NCBI GenBank assembly: GCA_047967505.1 | Contig: CM106538.1 | From: Dipteris shenzhenensis | Lineage: Eukaryota | DNA: 64,000 bases | Direction: 5' to 3' (one strand) | Shown here: piece by piece, positions 1 to 11,709 of the stretch | Layout: each line of letters opens with the position of its first letter | Position numbering within the stretch: the first letter of the stretch is position 1 | Made by a program: the position numbers and the translations under genes | The notes under the pieces: generated by a model | The model's database searches: none | Told to the model about the DNA's origin: nothing | Seen by the model: the letters and a program-made list of their open reading frames with translations, nothing else

Positions 1-332
1 CCAGGCTGCTGGTAACCCCCGGCCGAGCAGGTGGAGATCAATCCCATGAAACCAAGGTGGCTTGGTTTCCCATGGCCTCAACTGATGAAGCGTCTAAGCC
101 GTACAGATGCGATAAGCCTCCGTACAGCCTCGTACAGTGGGGCCGTACCGTGCTGATGTCAGCGTGCCCTTCACAGGGTCCTGTTGCAGGCGGTACGCTT
201 GTCCTTTGCTTTGACAGCTGCCCACATGGCAGCTCATGTGCTGCCCATGTGACAGCCTCAATATCACCAGGTCTACCTCCCCCATGCTCTCCTCAGATTG
301 GGCTTACAGATGGGGAGGTGACCATTCCAACA
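1..332 (-). mobile_element. U3 end of a Gypsy LTR (element continues off the left edge)
   Basis: Ends ...GGCTTACAGATGGGGAGGTGACCATTCCAACA at 332, the same as the LTR terminus at 8305 (minus strand starts TGTTGGAATGG). It abuts an RT fragment. Confidence 0.8.
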
Positions 333-333
333 A

Positions 334-468
334 AATTGTAAACTGAGACAATCCCTTTTCAGTTCGGAAGGCTGTCTTAGGCTCATCCTCCTCCCTCATC
401 CTAATCTGATGATATCCGGACCTGAGGTCTATTTTGGTGAAGAACTTGGCTCCCTTCAATTTGCCAGG
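334..468 (-). pseudogene. Ty3/Gypsy reverse transcriptase fragment (older element interrupted by the LTR at 1-332)
   Basis: Hand translation of the minus strand gives LKGAKFFTKIDLRSGYHQIRMREEDEPKTAFRTEKGLSQFTI, a canonical Gypsy RT motif. Not in the ORF track. Confidence 0.85.
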
Positions 469-760
469 AGCCAAGATCTGACATAATAGACTTGCCAGTA
501 GGTTGATACATGGATTATGCTTGGGGACCTTTCCTCCATGTTCTCAAGACTGGAGGCACAATTGACGGAGTGAGAGTGGCACTTGTCCGACAGAGCCATA
601 GCTAGGAGACCGCAACGGACAACACATACCAATCGTTGCCAGTGCCTTATCATAGGTTTTATGCTACCGTAGCCTCACAGGCCCCCCCTTGCACTTGACC
701 CTTTTCAACCTCCAGAGGATCATCGCAGTGATGCCACACCATAGTTTCCATTTTCATCTA

Positions 761-1911
761 TAACATGCAATGGTAATCTGATCGTGTAATTCACAGCAAG
801 ACCTTCTTTAAACCTTTAGCGAGGAATTAGCGTAATCCACCATAGAGAGAGAAAGGAGCTGAGGGTAGAGAGAGAGTAGAGCGACAACCGATTGGGTCCC
901 TGTACCCACTAAGGCCTCCCCCTATCAGGGGAGAATTTGCTTTATACTTGAAGAACTGAGAAATACAAAGAACACTCTTCGAGAGAGCATGGAAACGCGA
1001 TTTTGAAGAGCTCATTGTGCACATGTATAGCAGGCCCAAAGACCTGAGAGGCAACGCTAACCAATACCGAGACCTTGATGCTGTCAATGCCCTGAAATAG
1101 CCAAATAGGCTTTACAATGATGGCATGTGTGTGTAAAATCAAATCATGTGCTATGTGCCGTGTAGGACACTTTTGCAAGGCACGGGAGAGGCTTGTGCTT
1201 TCCATTAGAATGCAGGGTTACCGTGTGAGTGAGAGAATGAAAGCTAGGAGTGATAGATCCTATAAGAGAGCTGAGAGATGACTGAAATAAAGAGCTGAGA
1301 ATGAGCTGTGTAAAACTGTAAAAGATATTTGAAAGGAGCTGCTGAAACAAACCCCAAACCTTACTCCGTTCGCTGTCCCGACTCCTTGTTTGATGCGCTG
1401 CGTGAACACCTTCCCAAAGGGCTGAACGGATGCCAAAGGCTGAGGCTGGTCAGAGGGCCACTGGGGGTGGGTGTTAGGCTGTTCAGAGGGGGCTGAGGAG
1501 GAGCTGTAGGAGGCTGAAGTGGTGGGAGAACTGAATGAGAAATGAGGCAAGGGGCTCCCCCTTAAATAGGGGGTGGGGCTGAGCCAACCTGCCCTAAACA
1601 TGCCGACTTCTGGTCAGCTGTTTAGGGGTGGCTTTGCGGCCCTTTTCCCCATAAATGCCCACCTTGGGTGGTTTGCAGGGCAGCCTATATAAGCAGCCCT
1701 CCCCCTCATATGTTCCAGCCTGAGAGGTCTCCTATCCTAGGCTGGACCTAGACCTATCACTAAACCTAAGATGGAAACACTAACCTACTGTTTTGCAGTA
1801 GGTACCTGTGAACAAGATCTGAGCTTCTGACTTGACCTAAGGCTGAGAGACTGACTTACGTAGCTTGTGCCTGATTGTCCCTGGACAAGGGCTCACAAAG
1901 GGGTCACATCA
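761..1911 (-). repeat. 3' LTR of the Gypsy element (R/U5 shared with 7393-8060, different U3)
   Basis: About 700 bp of clear homology to the 5' LTR with indels. Minus-strand TATA-like CTATTTAAG near 1561-1569. The right boundary (1911 or 1918) is uncertain. Confidence 0.7.
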
Positions 1912-2618
1912 TACGACAAAAAGTCCTTATAGGAGCCCCTAACATTCCCAAAAAGAAATTCAATTTATTAGTTTGGGGGACGCGCTCAAGGGGGGTGGGG
2001 AGAGGGGAGGGATAAATATTGGCGAGCCTTAATTAGTAGCAGGAGTGGCGATGGGATTTAAATAAATTAACCTAAGCTTTTGGACAATGAATACGGTGAT
2101 GGAAGTAAATGGATGGCAGACAACACACGAATTTTCTAGAGACTCTCGAATGTTCTAGAGGTCGTCCTTGAGCAAGTATAAAGAGAGGTCCAGCCTCTGC
2201 CTCACCCTTCAGACTTGGATTGCGATCAACCGTTTGCGCAGAGAGAGTGAGAGGGGGGAGGGAGAGACGTTGGTGGAGGAAGGAGGAGAAGAGCAAAGGG
2301 AGGCAGGGCGGCAGTGCGAGAGACACTGCAGACTCCAAATCCTTAAATTTTCCATTTTGCTTCAATATAGCTTAGGTTAATTGCTTACGCTAATTGCGAT
2401 TGAGGGAGGGAGAATGGCGGAGCGATGGAGAGGGAGAGAGAGCAGGAGAGGCACACAGAGGGGGGGGCGGGGGGCAAAGTTTTGCTCCGAATTTTCTACG
2501 CAAAATTAGCAATCCAATGCAATTGAAATCGTTTGTAGTTTGGTAGCAATTAATTTACTAAGTAGGAGGATGTAGCGAGTGTGTCACTTTGCACCCAAGT
2601 GCGGGGGTGCATATGACA
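1912..2618 (+). mobile_element. Unrelated LTR-like segment lying between the PPT and the 3' LTR, apparently in opposite orientation
   Basis: Ends ...GGGTGCATATGACA and has TATAAA at 2177-2182 on +. Shares motifs (TTAACCTAAGCT, purine tract, terminal sequence) with 14118-14953. No TSD seen. Confidence 0.5.
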
Positions 2619-2631
2619 TTCCCTCCTCCTT
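2619..2631 (-). promoter_or_regulatory. Polypurine tract (AAGGAGGAGGGAA)
   Basis: Purine run on the minus strand just downstream of the integrase/chromodomain coding region, followed by TG. Confidence 0.75.
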
Positions 2632-2639
2632 AACTTGGT

Positions 2640-5600
2640 GGTAGGTTCATTGTTTCCAAGTAGTCTGCCAATATCTAGGGAAACTCCTAGAAAAAATCTT
2701 TGTCCAACCACACTGCTTCATGGGTACCTCAATCATGGAACTTGGTGTAAATCTCTTAGATCCTGCGCCTCCTGACCCATGCTTGAATTTATGAAGAAGG
2801 ATCTGTTCTGGCTGCAAAACTTCGGCTTCATCAAGAACTTCAGGTTGTTGCTTGTTGGAAATCTCTGAAAGAGGAGGTCAAAATATGGCTTCAACCAAGC
2901 TACATGAAACACACTGTGCATAGTCCCAGTATTGAGACATTGCTGATCTTTTGAATAATAGGGAATGGTTTGAAGCTCCTGAAGGACAGCTTAGGGCATC
3001 GCTTGCCCACCTGCTTCACTCTTTGCTTGATAATGCGTAAATACACCCATTGACCCTCTTTATATTGGACATCTCGTCTGGATTTGTTAGCCTGGCGTGT
3101 ATACGATGCCTGAGCTTTGGCGATACGGCTTTTCACGAACTCTGTAATCTCTGCCATTGATTTGGTGGTTTTGTTGGCTTCAAGAGATGGAGACACCATC
3201 CGGGTGAGGAGTGAGGTAAACCGCCGTCCAAACGCCGCTTCATAAGGTATGCGACCAATACTCGAAGAATAGGTATCGTTTAGAATGGCCTGCACAAGCA
3301 GAAGAAACTGCTCTCACTTTCCCTGAGCATCATGACAATATGATTTCAAAATATCAAATGCCATATCATTATACTTTTTCGTCTCGTCGTTCGATTGCGG
3401 ATGGAAAGCACTGGATATTTGCAGCTTAGTATCAAAATTATCAAACAAGGCTCGTCAAAAGTTAGATGTAAACTTGGAGTCCCTGGCGGATGTGACGGTC
3501 TTTGGCAACCCTCCAATGGGATACCAATACTTGATAAACAAATGAGCTACATCTTCAGCACTGGCCGTTTGTTTGCAAGGAATAAGCATACAATATTTAC
3601 TAAAGCGACAAACAATAGTAAGACATTGAGTATTATGCGTATCTGCAGATGCTGGAAGTGGCCCCACGAAATCCATACCTATGTGTTGAAAAGGACCGTC
3701 GGGGATTGGCAATGGCATAAGTAACCCTGTCGCTTTCTTGTGGGAAGCCTTTCCAAAGTCCCGTTGATACCTCTGTGACCATCGGTAAGGGCGTCATGGG
3801 CATCATGAAGAAGCAGCTGCCGTTTGTCTTTGAGTACACATAATCTTTTCTTATAGAAAAACCAACCGTCCTCTAATGAGTAATGGCTTGGAATAAGCGT
3901 CGTGGCTAACTAGAACTGCGTGCCAAATTCTGTTGACTCTGCGCACTGTGCCTTCATGCTATCAAGATCCTTTCCTTTGATTTCAAGCACAGTGGACTGC
4001 TCAATGGTTTGAATGGAACCTTTCCGACTGAGAGCGTCGGCAATGGGGTTGTTTTTCCCGAGAACGTACTCGATCATTCCCCCAAACTGCTGGAATATTT
4101 GGCTTCATCGTTCCTGCCGATCACTCCATTGTGAACTAGGCATTGTTTGAAGCCACTTAAGAGCTTGGTGATCTGTTTTAACCGTGAAAGTCCGTCCGTA
4201 TAGGAAAGCCTTTCAATGTTTTAATGGCTGGATGACACCGAGGAGCTCTCTATCATAAACTGAATAGTTCTTTTCGGCATCGTTAAGCTTTCTACTGTAA
4301 TATGCCACGGGCCTATCTTCTTGCTGTAAAACTGCCCCGATGGCGACATTGCTAGCGTCTGTGATTACCGGAAATGGATCATCCCAAGAGGCAATCTTCA
4401 TAACTGGTGCTGTTGTGGCCAATCGTTGCAAGTCATGGAAGGCTTGCGAAGCTTTGCCTGTGACTTGGGCTTTTTGTCTGCGTGTCTTTACCCCCTTGAG
4501 TAAATTTGTAAGAGGGGTTGTGTGTGTCGAGAAACGATCCATGTGTGAGCTGCATGCTTGACACAAACCCACAAAGGATCGGATCTCCTGAGCCGTCGTG
4601 GGGACAGCCCAACTTGTGATAGCTTGAATCTTCTCTGGGTCAAATCGAATCCCTTGAGAACTAATGATGTAGCCTAAATACTAAATTTTCAGCAAGCCGA
4701 ATTCACTTTTCTTTGCGTTGAGGTATAGCTGGTTATCACGTAATAATTGTAGGGCACATCATAGATACTTAATGTGCTACTCGGCAGTAGCGGAAAAGAT
4801 AAGGATATCATCGAGAAAGATGAACAGGCACTTCCCAATATACTTTGCAAATACCCGCGACATCATCTTGTTGAATGTTAGTGGTGCTTTCTTTAGACCA
4901 AAGGGCATGACGACAAACTCGTAATGAGCTCGCTCTATTCGAAAAGCTGTCTTTGGGATGTTAGCTTCAAAAATCCGGATTTGATGGTAGCCACTCTTGA
5001 GGTCAATCTTTGAGAAAAAATTTGGACCATTGAGTCCATCCAAGATGTACTCGATGTAAGGCATAGGAAACTTATTGCTTACTATAAGCTTGTTGAGTGC
5101 TCTGTAGTCGACACATAGTCATGTGGACTTATCCTTCTTTGCCACAAATAGAATGGGTGCAGCAAAAGGCGAAGAAGGTCTAATGAACCCTGCGCACAAT
5201 AATTAAGACAATTGCTGCTCTAACTCCCCCTCCATAGACTTGAAAAGCCGATACGGGAACTTACCTGGAGGTGTCGAGTCCGAAAGTAGATCAATGCGAT
5301 GGTCTTCCGGTTGGTTGAGAGGAAGCTGGGGTGGCAGATCATCCCGTAGCATGATGTCTTGGAACTCTTGGAGTTGTTTCACCATTGCTTGTCCCATCGG
5401 AGGAGCGGCTTGAATTGCAGTGATTTGGCATTGGACGTAGACAAGTGCACACATGGCACCCTTGCGGCGGGTGGCACAACTTGCTTGAATATGCAAGGTT
5501 AACGGGATCCCTGGTATGCTATGATCATCGTGAATCACGGTGGGCTTAGGTAAACCTTCCACAATAGTGAAGGTGTCTTGCCGTCAATTAGGCGTTGGTA

Positions 5601-5960
5601 CATGCTCACGGAACCACTGAATCTCGAGAATCATGTCACACCTCATGAAAGGAGTCAAAATAAAATCCTGTGTAAACATGGCCTGCTGAACTGAAAAAGT
5701 GAAATGGATGGCCTTATGCGTAACGTGTGTCCGCAAGACGGGCGTGAACACGTCCACCGCAAGCTCGTGAGGCACCAAGGTGCACCTCACTGTCTTGGTA
5801 AGTTGAGGGGAGATGGCATCTTCTGAACTCCCCATATCGAGCATGACAATAAACTTATGCTTCGTTAGCTGTGCCGTATGTTCGAATGAGCACCTTCTTT
5901 GGATCTGAGAAATTGCCCTCCTTCTTATCTTGAAAGACCACTGTGGGAACAACGTTCAAA
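2640..5960 (-). pseudogene. pol: Gypsy pol: protease, RT, RNase H, integrase, chromodomain (many stops and frameshifts)
   Basis: PR IVMLDMGSS; RT FSKIDLKSGYHQIRI and FLDDILIFS; RH TDASNVAIGAVLQQEDRPVAYYSRKL; IN PLPIPDGPFQHIGMDFVGPLP and HSVFHVAWLKPY; chromodomain EVLQPEQILLHK...TKFHD*GTHEAVWLD. Confidence 0.95.
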
Positions 5961-7345
5961 GAAGGGAAGACGACATTCGTAGCTAAGGATGGGGGCGGGG
6001 CTAGAAGAGCCAATACATTGGCGACGGACGAAGTAGGCGCTTTCGTAGCGTTCTCGGCCAGCCACTTCAGACAATCCTTCTTGCCATGCCCAACAATGTG
6101 GTGGCAATGAAAGCAACGACGTTCTTGGTGGTACCGCTTCTGGTCGTTGGGCTGTAGATAGCCTCCTGTAATACCCGCTTTAGCCTTCTCATTCGGAGTG
6201 ATCTTGGGCTTGGACTTCTTTTGACCAGAAGCATGGCTGTCTTTCTTTTGAAACTTGTCCTTCTTCTGATCCTTACCCGGTGTGTTGTTTGACTGTTGCG
6301 GGGCTTTGGAATCTTTTTGGACTTGCTTGGGCTTTCCCCTGTTCAATATTATCTCCTAATTCAGTGCGAGAGTCAGCGCCCGCTCGTAATCTGGCGGGTT
6401 GAAGTTCTGAATGGTATAACGGATGTTGGTGTCCAATCCTCGAATGAATTGCTTCATCTTCGCGCTCTTCGTCACACCCAACTGTTGCGCCGGCGTGATG
6501 ACCTTGTTACTGTATGTCAACACAGGAAGACCATTCTGGGAGAGACGAGAAAACTCATCCTCCAGGTTAAGCATATATTGGGGTGGGAGAAAACGGGCTT
6601 TGAGGTCAGCCATAAACGTTGTCCAAACGAAATTTGTCTTAAACGTTGTTGGGTCAGTATGCTTGCTAGCCCAATGTTGCCACCAGGTCACCGCCTCACC
6701 CATAAGGTGAGGGTTGCGAGGTGGACTTTATCTTGCTCATCTTGAATCCGCGCTAACGGAGAGCTACAAACTGATGAATAAATTGCAAAATCGCTGAATG
6801 GTCACACTTACCATCATACTCAACAAAATTTGGAGTGGACTGAGTGAGTGGTGTTACTTTGTCGATGACGAAGCTGTGGCGCTGATGGCTGCTGCGCTCA
6901 AACTTGCCTGCATAGCGGCTAACATTTGCTTGTGTTGGAGAAGCATCGCCTCTCGGTCTAGCTTTTGTTGCCTTTCTTCCTTGGCGAGCTGTGGGCATCA
7001 CAGTGCCTCCTCATTTTTGCGTTCCTCATGCATCAACAAGAGCAGTTTTTTGAAATGTGTGGTTCCTCTTTCTTCCAGCGGCTTTTTTTCTTTTTTTTCC
7101 TCCAGACGTCGTTTTGTCTGGTCCAACTGTCTTCTGCTTTCTTCTAGCTAGGATGAGTGTTCTTCGAGTTGCTGTAGGAGGACCCAATTCTTCTCTAGAA
7201 GGTTAGCCATCACTTCTTCAGCACTTGGCGGAAGCGTATCTTGTTGGTAGTCTTTCTCCTCTTCAAAGTCTTCAAGGGAGAATCCTTTTCCTGACCCTTT
7301 CATGGCGCTTGATTGTGTGCCCTTTCTGGATCTCAACACAACCAT
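5855..7345 (-). pseudogene. gag: Gypsy gag with CCHC zinc knuckle
   Basis: ATG 35 bp after the PBS. Retrotransposon gag motif AVTWWQ...WTTFMADLKARFLP...LSQ. Knuckle CFHCHHIVGHGKKDC. Interrupted by stops. Confidence 0.9.
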
Positions 7346-7379
7346 ACACTCACGGTAGTCAAGCTGGATATAGACCGAA

Positions 7380-7391
7380 GCTCCGATACCA
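7380..7391 (-). promoter_or_regulatory. Primer binding site, tRNA-iMet type
   Basis: TGGTATCGGAGC (one mismatch to TGGTATCAGAGC), 1 nt inside the LTR ...GACA end. Confidence 0.85.
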
Positions 7392-7392
7392 A

Positions 7393-8305
7393 TGTCAACG
7401 GTAATTTGATCTTGTAATTCACAACAAGACCTTCTTTAAGCCTTTAGCGAGAAATTAGCGTAATCCACCATAGAGAGAGAAAGGAGATGAGGGTAGAGAG
7501 AGAGAGAGTAGAGTTGACAACCGGTTGGGTCCCTGTACCCACTGAGAGCCCCCTCCCCCAATCAGGGGAGAATTTGCTTTATACTTGGAGAACTGAGAAA
7601 TACAAAGAACACTCTTTGAGAGAGCACAAAAACACGCTTCTGAAGAGCTCACTGTGCACACATATAGCAGACCCAAAGACCTGAGAGGCAACGCCGACCA
7701 ATACCGAAACCTTGATGCTGTCCACACTGATGATGTAGGGCGCTTCTGCAAGGCAAGGGAGAGGCTTGTGCTGTTCACCGGAATGCAGGGTTACTGCGTG
7801 TGTGAGAGAGTGAAAGCTAGGAGTGATAGATCCTATAAGAGAGCTGAGAGAGGACTGAAATAAAGAGCTGAGAATGAGCTGTGTAAAACTGTAAAAGATA
7901 ACTGAAAAGAGCTGCTGAAACAGACCCCAAACCTTACTCCGTTCGCTGTCCCGACTCTTTGTCTGATGCGCTGCGTGAACACCTTCCCAGAGGGCTGAAC
8001 GGATGCCAAAGGCTGAGGCTGGTCAGAGGGCCACTGGGGGTGAGTGTTGTAGGAGGCTGAACTGCTGCTGCTCCGTACAGTTGTGTGCCATCTGTTCCGG
8101 GTCTGCACACCCTCTGTACTGCTCCGTACAGTTGCACCACCTGCTGTCCCGGGTCTTCTCTAGATGTGCTGCCCACATGACAGCCATGATGCTGTCCATG
8201 TGGCAGCCCCTTTCTCTCTTTCTCTGTGGGATACTGCCCTAGGTCTCCCTCCCCCACGCTCTCCTCATATGGGGGCTTACAGATGGGGAGGTGACCATTC
8301 CAACA
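7393..8305 (-). repeat. 5' LTR of the Gypsy element (913 bp)
   Basis: TG...CA termini, adjacent PBS, and homology to both 761-1480 and 1-332. Confidence 0.88.
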
Positions 8306-9239
8306 ATCTATTGAACACACAAGCGTAGACCAACAATTGAGGCATCTTGGCTATTATTTTCATTGTGGACTTTAGAACAATTGTATGATTGGATATATTC
8401 TATCCTTACAAAGGTATACTTCTTGACACGAAAGGAGACAGTCTCCCAACAAGGGGAGCATGGTGGTTAGCTGATGAAAGATGGGTATGAAGATAGAATT
8501 AAAATTGACACATCAAGGTTGAGACATTACATGACAATCTAGACATCAAGTCACCTAGTAATATAGGCTCATAGAGCCTTTGCAAGAGTGCAAACCATGG
8601 ACCATGCTGATTGTATTTATATGTATGCAAGGTCTCCTAGCTGCTAGCTAGCAAAAATGTTATTTTCCTAAAGATCGGGCTTGGGATTATTTCTTGGATA
8701 GATTCCTCTTAGTAAGCTTATATTAGTAAAGGAAAAGAAAGTGCCATGCTTATTGTTATAAGAACATAGTCATGAAAGAAAAGTGTTTTGATGGAATAAA
8801 AACGTTCATCCACCAAAGAAAAGAAACATACTGAGATTTCTACCTCGACTCCTTTCCTTCGCTTTCCCTCCCCCCCAAAAACGTGCATGAGGAAAACATC
8901 AACATGAATGTGTATGCACGCATGGACAAATGCATGAGCCAAGGAGACACTTTGGCAAAAGCTATGATGCATTTTTTGTGGACGACTATCTCTTAGAATA
9001 GATCAATAAAATATTTGAAAACATTTTTTATTCTTTGTCTTTCATGAAGAGCATGGATATAATTGGCACGTGGAACAAGATGCGTCTTGAATATAATTGA
9101 TTCTTTGTTTTTGACAAAAGATAAATGGAAGAAGTCTTTTTTGTGATTTTGATTGATGAGGTAAGTATAAGAACAATTGTACTTTTTAGCATGAAGAGGC
9201 TAGAATAAAGGATTTGATTGATTTTTTTTGGTGTGTAGG

Positions 9240-9660
9240 TCATGACTCTTGCATATTTCCCTCAAGGTGAGCAACTCTTACTCCTCTATTATCTGTTGTG
9301 TTACAACTCCTCCATGTATAAAGCTGATAATACCAAAGCATGAAGTTCTTCAGAGGGTAAAGATGACCAATGAAGGAGATGGGATCATAAAGATGATAAG
9401 TGTCAATGGTACCATGTTTTAGTTTTCTAATGACATACATGGAAAACCTAAAAATGAAAGAAATAAAGATTGAACATCTTTCAATGACTCAAAGAGATTG
9501 TCAGACCAAAAGAAGACTAAACAAACAACATGAACTATTAGGGCTTCTAGTGCATTGGTAACAAATAAGGTTTGAAAAAGGGAAGATGTTATACTGATTA
9601 AACATCATTGCACATATAGAATTGTTTGATGACTTATTGAAGAACATTACGTATTGTGTG
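9240..9660 (-). pseudogene. Very degenerate retroelement integrase C-terminal relic
   Basis: Weak resemblance only (YVIRKLKHGT..., LPFSNLICYQCTRSP). Confidence 0.25.
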
Positions 9661-9681
9661 GGCTTGCATCAATAAAGATCA

Positions 9682-10667
9682 TGTTAGTCACAAGTTTTTC
9701 GGCTCACAACTTATTGTTTGAAATACTACCCGTAGAAAAACAACCAACAACACTCTCATTTTCTCTCCTTCTCTCTCTCTCTCTCAACAGAGATACTAGG
9801 GCCCAGGACAACAGTCGGGCTGGACCCCCCCGAAGGATTTTATTACTTGAGAGAAGATGAAGTACATAGTTCAGCGTAGAGCTGTTCATGCATAATCCAA
9901 AACGTGAATGAATGAATCATTACATGAGCTCTCAGGCTCCCCTTCTTGGCAACAAGCCACTTGTCAATTTCTACACTACTTTCCTAATTACATGCCACTA
10001 AGGGCAACTCTGGAGTCTTCGAAGCACTTGGTCACGCGAACCGCCTCCGAGACTCTGATTAGGCTCCCGTAGCGCTTAGGAAAATAACTCTTCCTAGTAC
10101 TTGCAACAATTAATTAAAGCGCACCACCATGGTACCCATTAATTGTTAGCGCTTTGCATGCAAAGAACACATTGTGGACTAGTTCTAGTCACGGTGGGCG
10201 TCCCCACTGAATACATGTGCACACATAATAAATATAATAAATATATATATTTATTCTCTCGTTGACCGAAGTCAACGCTCTTGATCATAATTAAGGGGCT
10301 TTGACCAAGGGTCGAGGCGCCTCAATTATAGCCAAGTCTCTCCAACCGAAGTTGGCACAACTCTCCAACCGAAGTTGGCACATCTTGGTTAACTGTGGTT
10401 AACCCTCTTGGCACATGCTAAGTCTCATTGATCGAAGTCAACACTCTCTGACCGTAGTCAGCTCTGTAGTTCTCTGGTTAACCGTAGTTAACCCTCTTGG
10501 TAAAAAACCAAGTCTCCTCGACCGAGGTCAAGTTTACTTGATCAGAGTCAAGTATCTTTGACCGTAGTCAATTCTTTGACCATAATTAACACATATAAAA
10601 CTCTTTAATTATGATCAAATAAATGGTCAACTGTACTTTGACTTAGGATATTTACATTGTGGTGACA
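9682..10667 (-). repeat. 3' LTR of a second chromovirus
   Basis: Follows the chromodomain ORF and purine tract GAAGCCGAGGGGA. Starts TGTCAC (10667), ends ...CTAACA (9682), with an AT-rich TATA region near 10230-10250. Confidence 0.65.
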
Positions 10668-10727
10668 TCCCCTCGGCTTCTATTCAGTTGACCTCAACCG
10701 AAAAGCTTCCTTGTAAACATCCAAAAG

Positions 10728-11397
10728 CTATGGATGATCGGATAACATGTCTTCGTCCATCCACTTGGCATCTAATGCCGTATAATTCTTGAATTTAACA
10801 AGGTACCTGTGAAACTCCTTGCCCTGAGGGCCTTTGCGTACAGGATGGTACACAATTTGCTCTGGCTGAAGGACCTCCTCTAGCTCATCCACTTTTGGTG
10901 GATCCTCTGATACTGGCTCTGTAGGCTCTGGCTCTTGGAATTTTTTTATAAGACTCACATGGAATGCATTGTGAATCCTCCAATGCTCTGGCAATGATAA
11001 CCTGTATGCAACCTCATTTATTCTTTCTGTAACCCTGAAAGGGCCATAGTATCTGGGAGATAACTTCGCATACACTTTCTGTTTGCCTTTAAACTTGCGG
11101 AGCATAGCTTTTTCAAACTTCAAAAGTACCCAATCCCCTTCCTTGAGATCTAACTGTCTCCTATGCTTATCTGCAGCTCTTTTATGTTTCTCTTGAGACC
11201 TTTCGATCGTTGTCCGGACTTGGCTGTAAGCTGTCTAGAGGTCTCTCACAAACTGATCAGCTGCAAATATTTCATCCTTGGTCCTCAGGATAGGTGGCAA
11301 AATCACCTTCTTATAAATGACCTTAAAGGGGGCTTTCCCTGTAGAGCTGTGTACTGTATTATTGTAAGCAAACTCTACCAATGGTAGGTACTTTTCC
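10728..11397 (-). pseudogene. Gypsy integrase C-terminus (GPF/Y) plus chromodomain, 5'-truncated
   Basis: KLSPRYYGPFRVTERINEVAYRLSLPEHWRIHNAFHVSLIK and QPEQIVYH...RYLVKFKNYTALDAKWMDE. Upstream reads YLPLVEFAYNNTVHSSTGKAPF. Confidence 0.95.
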
Positions 11398-11709
11398 TAG
11401 ACAGGCCCCGTGAATATGTGTGTGAGCATATTTTTATACTATGGTCTACACCCACTGTTGGGCGCTGATGACATCAGTGGGGATGTCATAGTAGCTAGTC
11501 CCTGCTATGCGTGATGGAGTTTATGGTTTTCAATCTTATGAGTGACTATCGTGAGATTGAAATTGCACTATGTTGTGTTTTTAGAGGATGAGTTTGGGAA
11601 TATTCCTGGATTCATCTAGGTATATGCTTTAGACAGGCCCCGTGAATCAAGGGTGTCCAACCAGGCATCAAATTAAGTGTTTCCATAGTCTTGCAAATCT
11701 GAACTTTTC

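Larger units (their letters stand above)
761..8305 (-). mobile_element. Ty3/Gypsy chromovirus LTR retrotransposon, near full length, decayed
   Basis: Order on minus strand is LTR, PBS, gag, PR, RT, RH, IN, chromodomain, PPT, LTR. 761-~1480 aligns with 7393-~8060. Candidate TSD ATCTA at 756-760 and 8306-8310. Confidence 0.88.

Noticed and set aside
3395-8320. Plus-strand ORFs over the Gypsy element and ORFs within its LTRs
   Set aside because: Antisense shadows of gag/pol or chance frames in LTR sequence.
10261-10640. CRISPR-like appearance of spaced palindromes
   Set aside because: Repeats are non-identical, spacers are only ~6 bp, the context is a eukaryotic LTR, and there are no cas genes.
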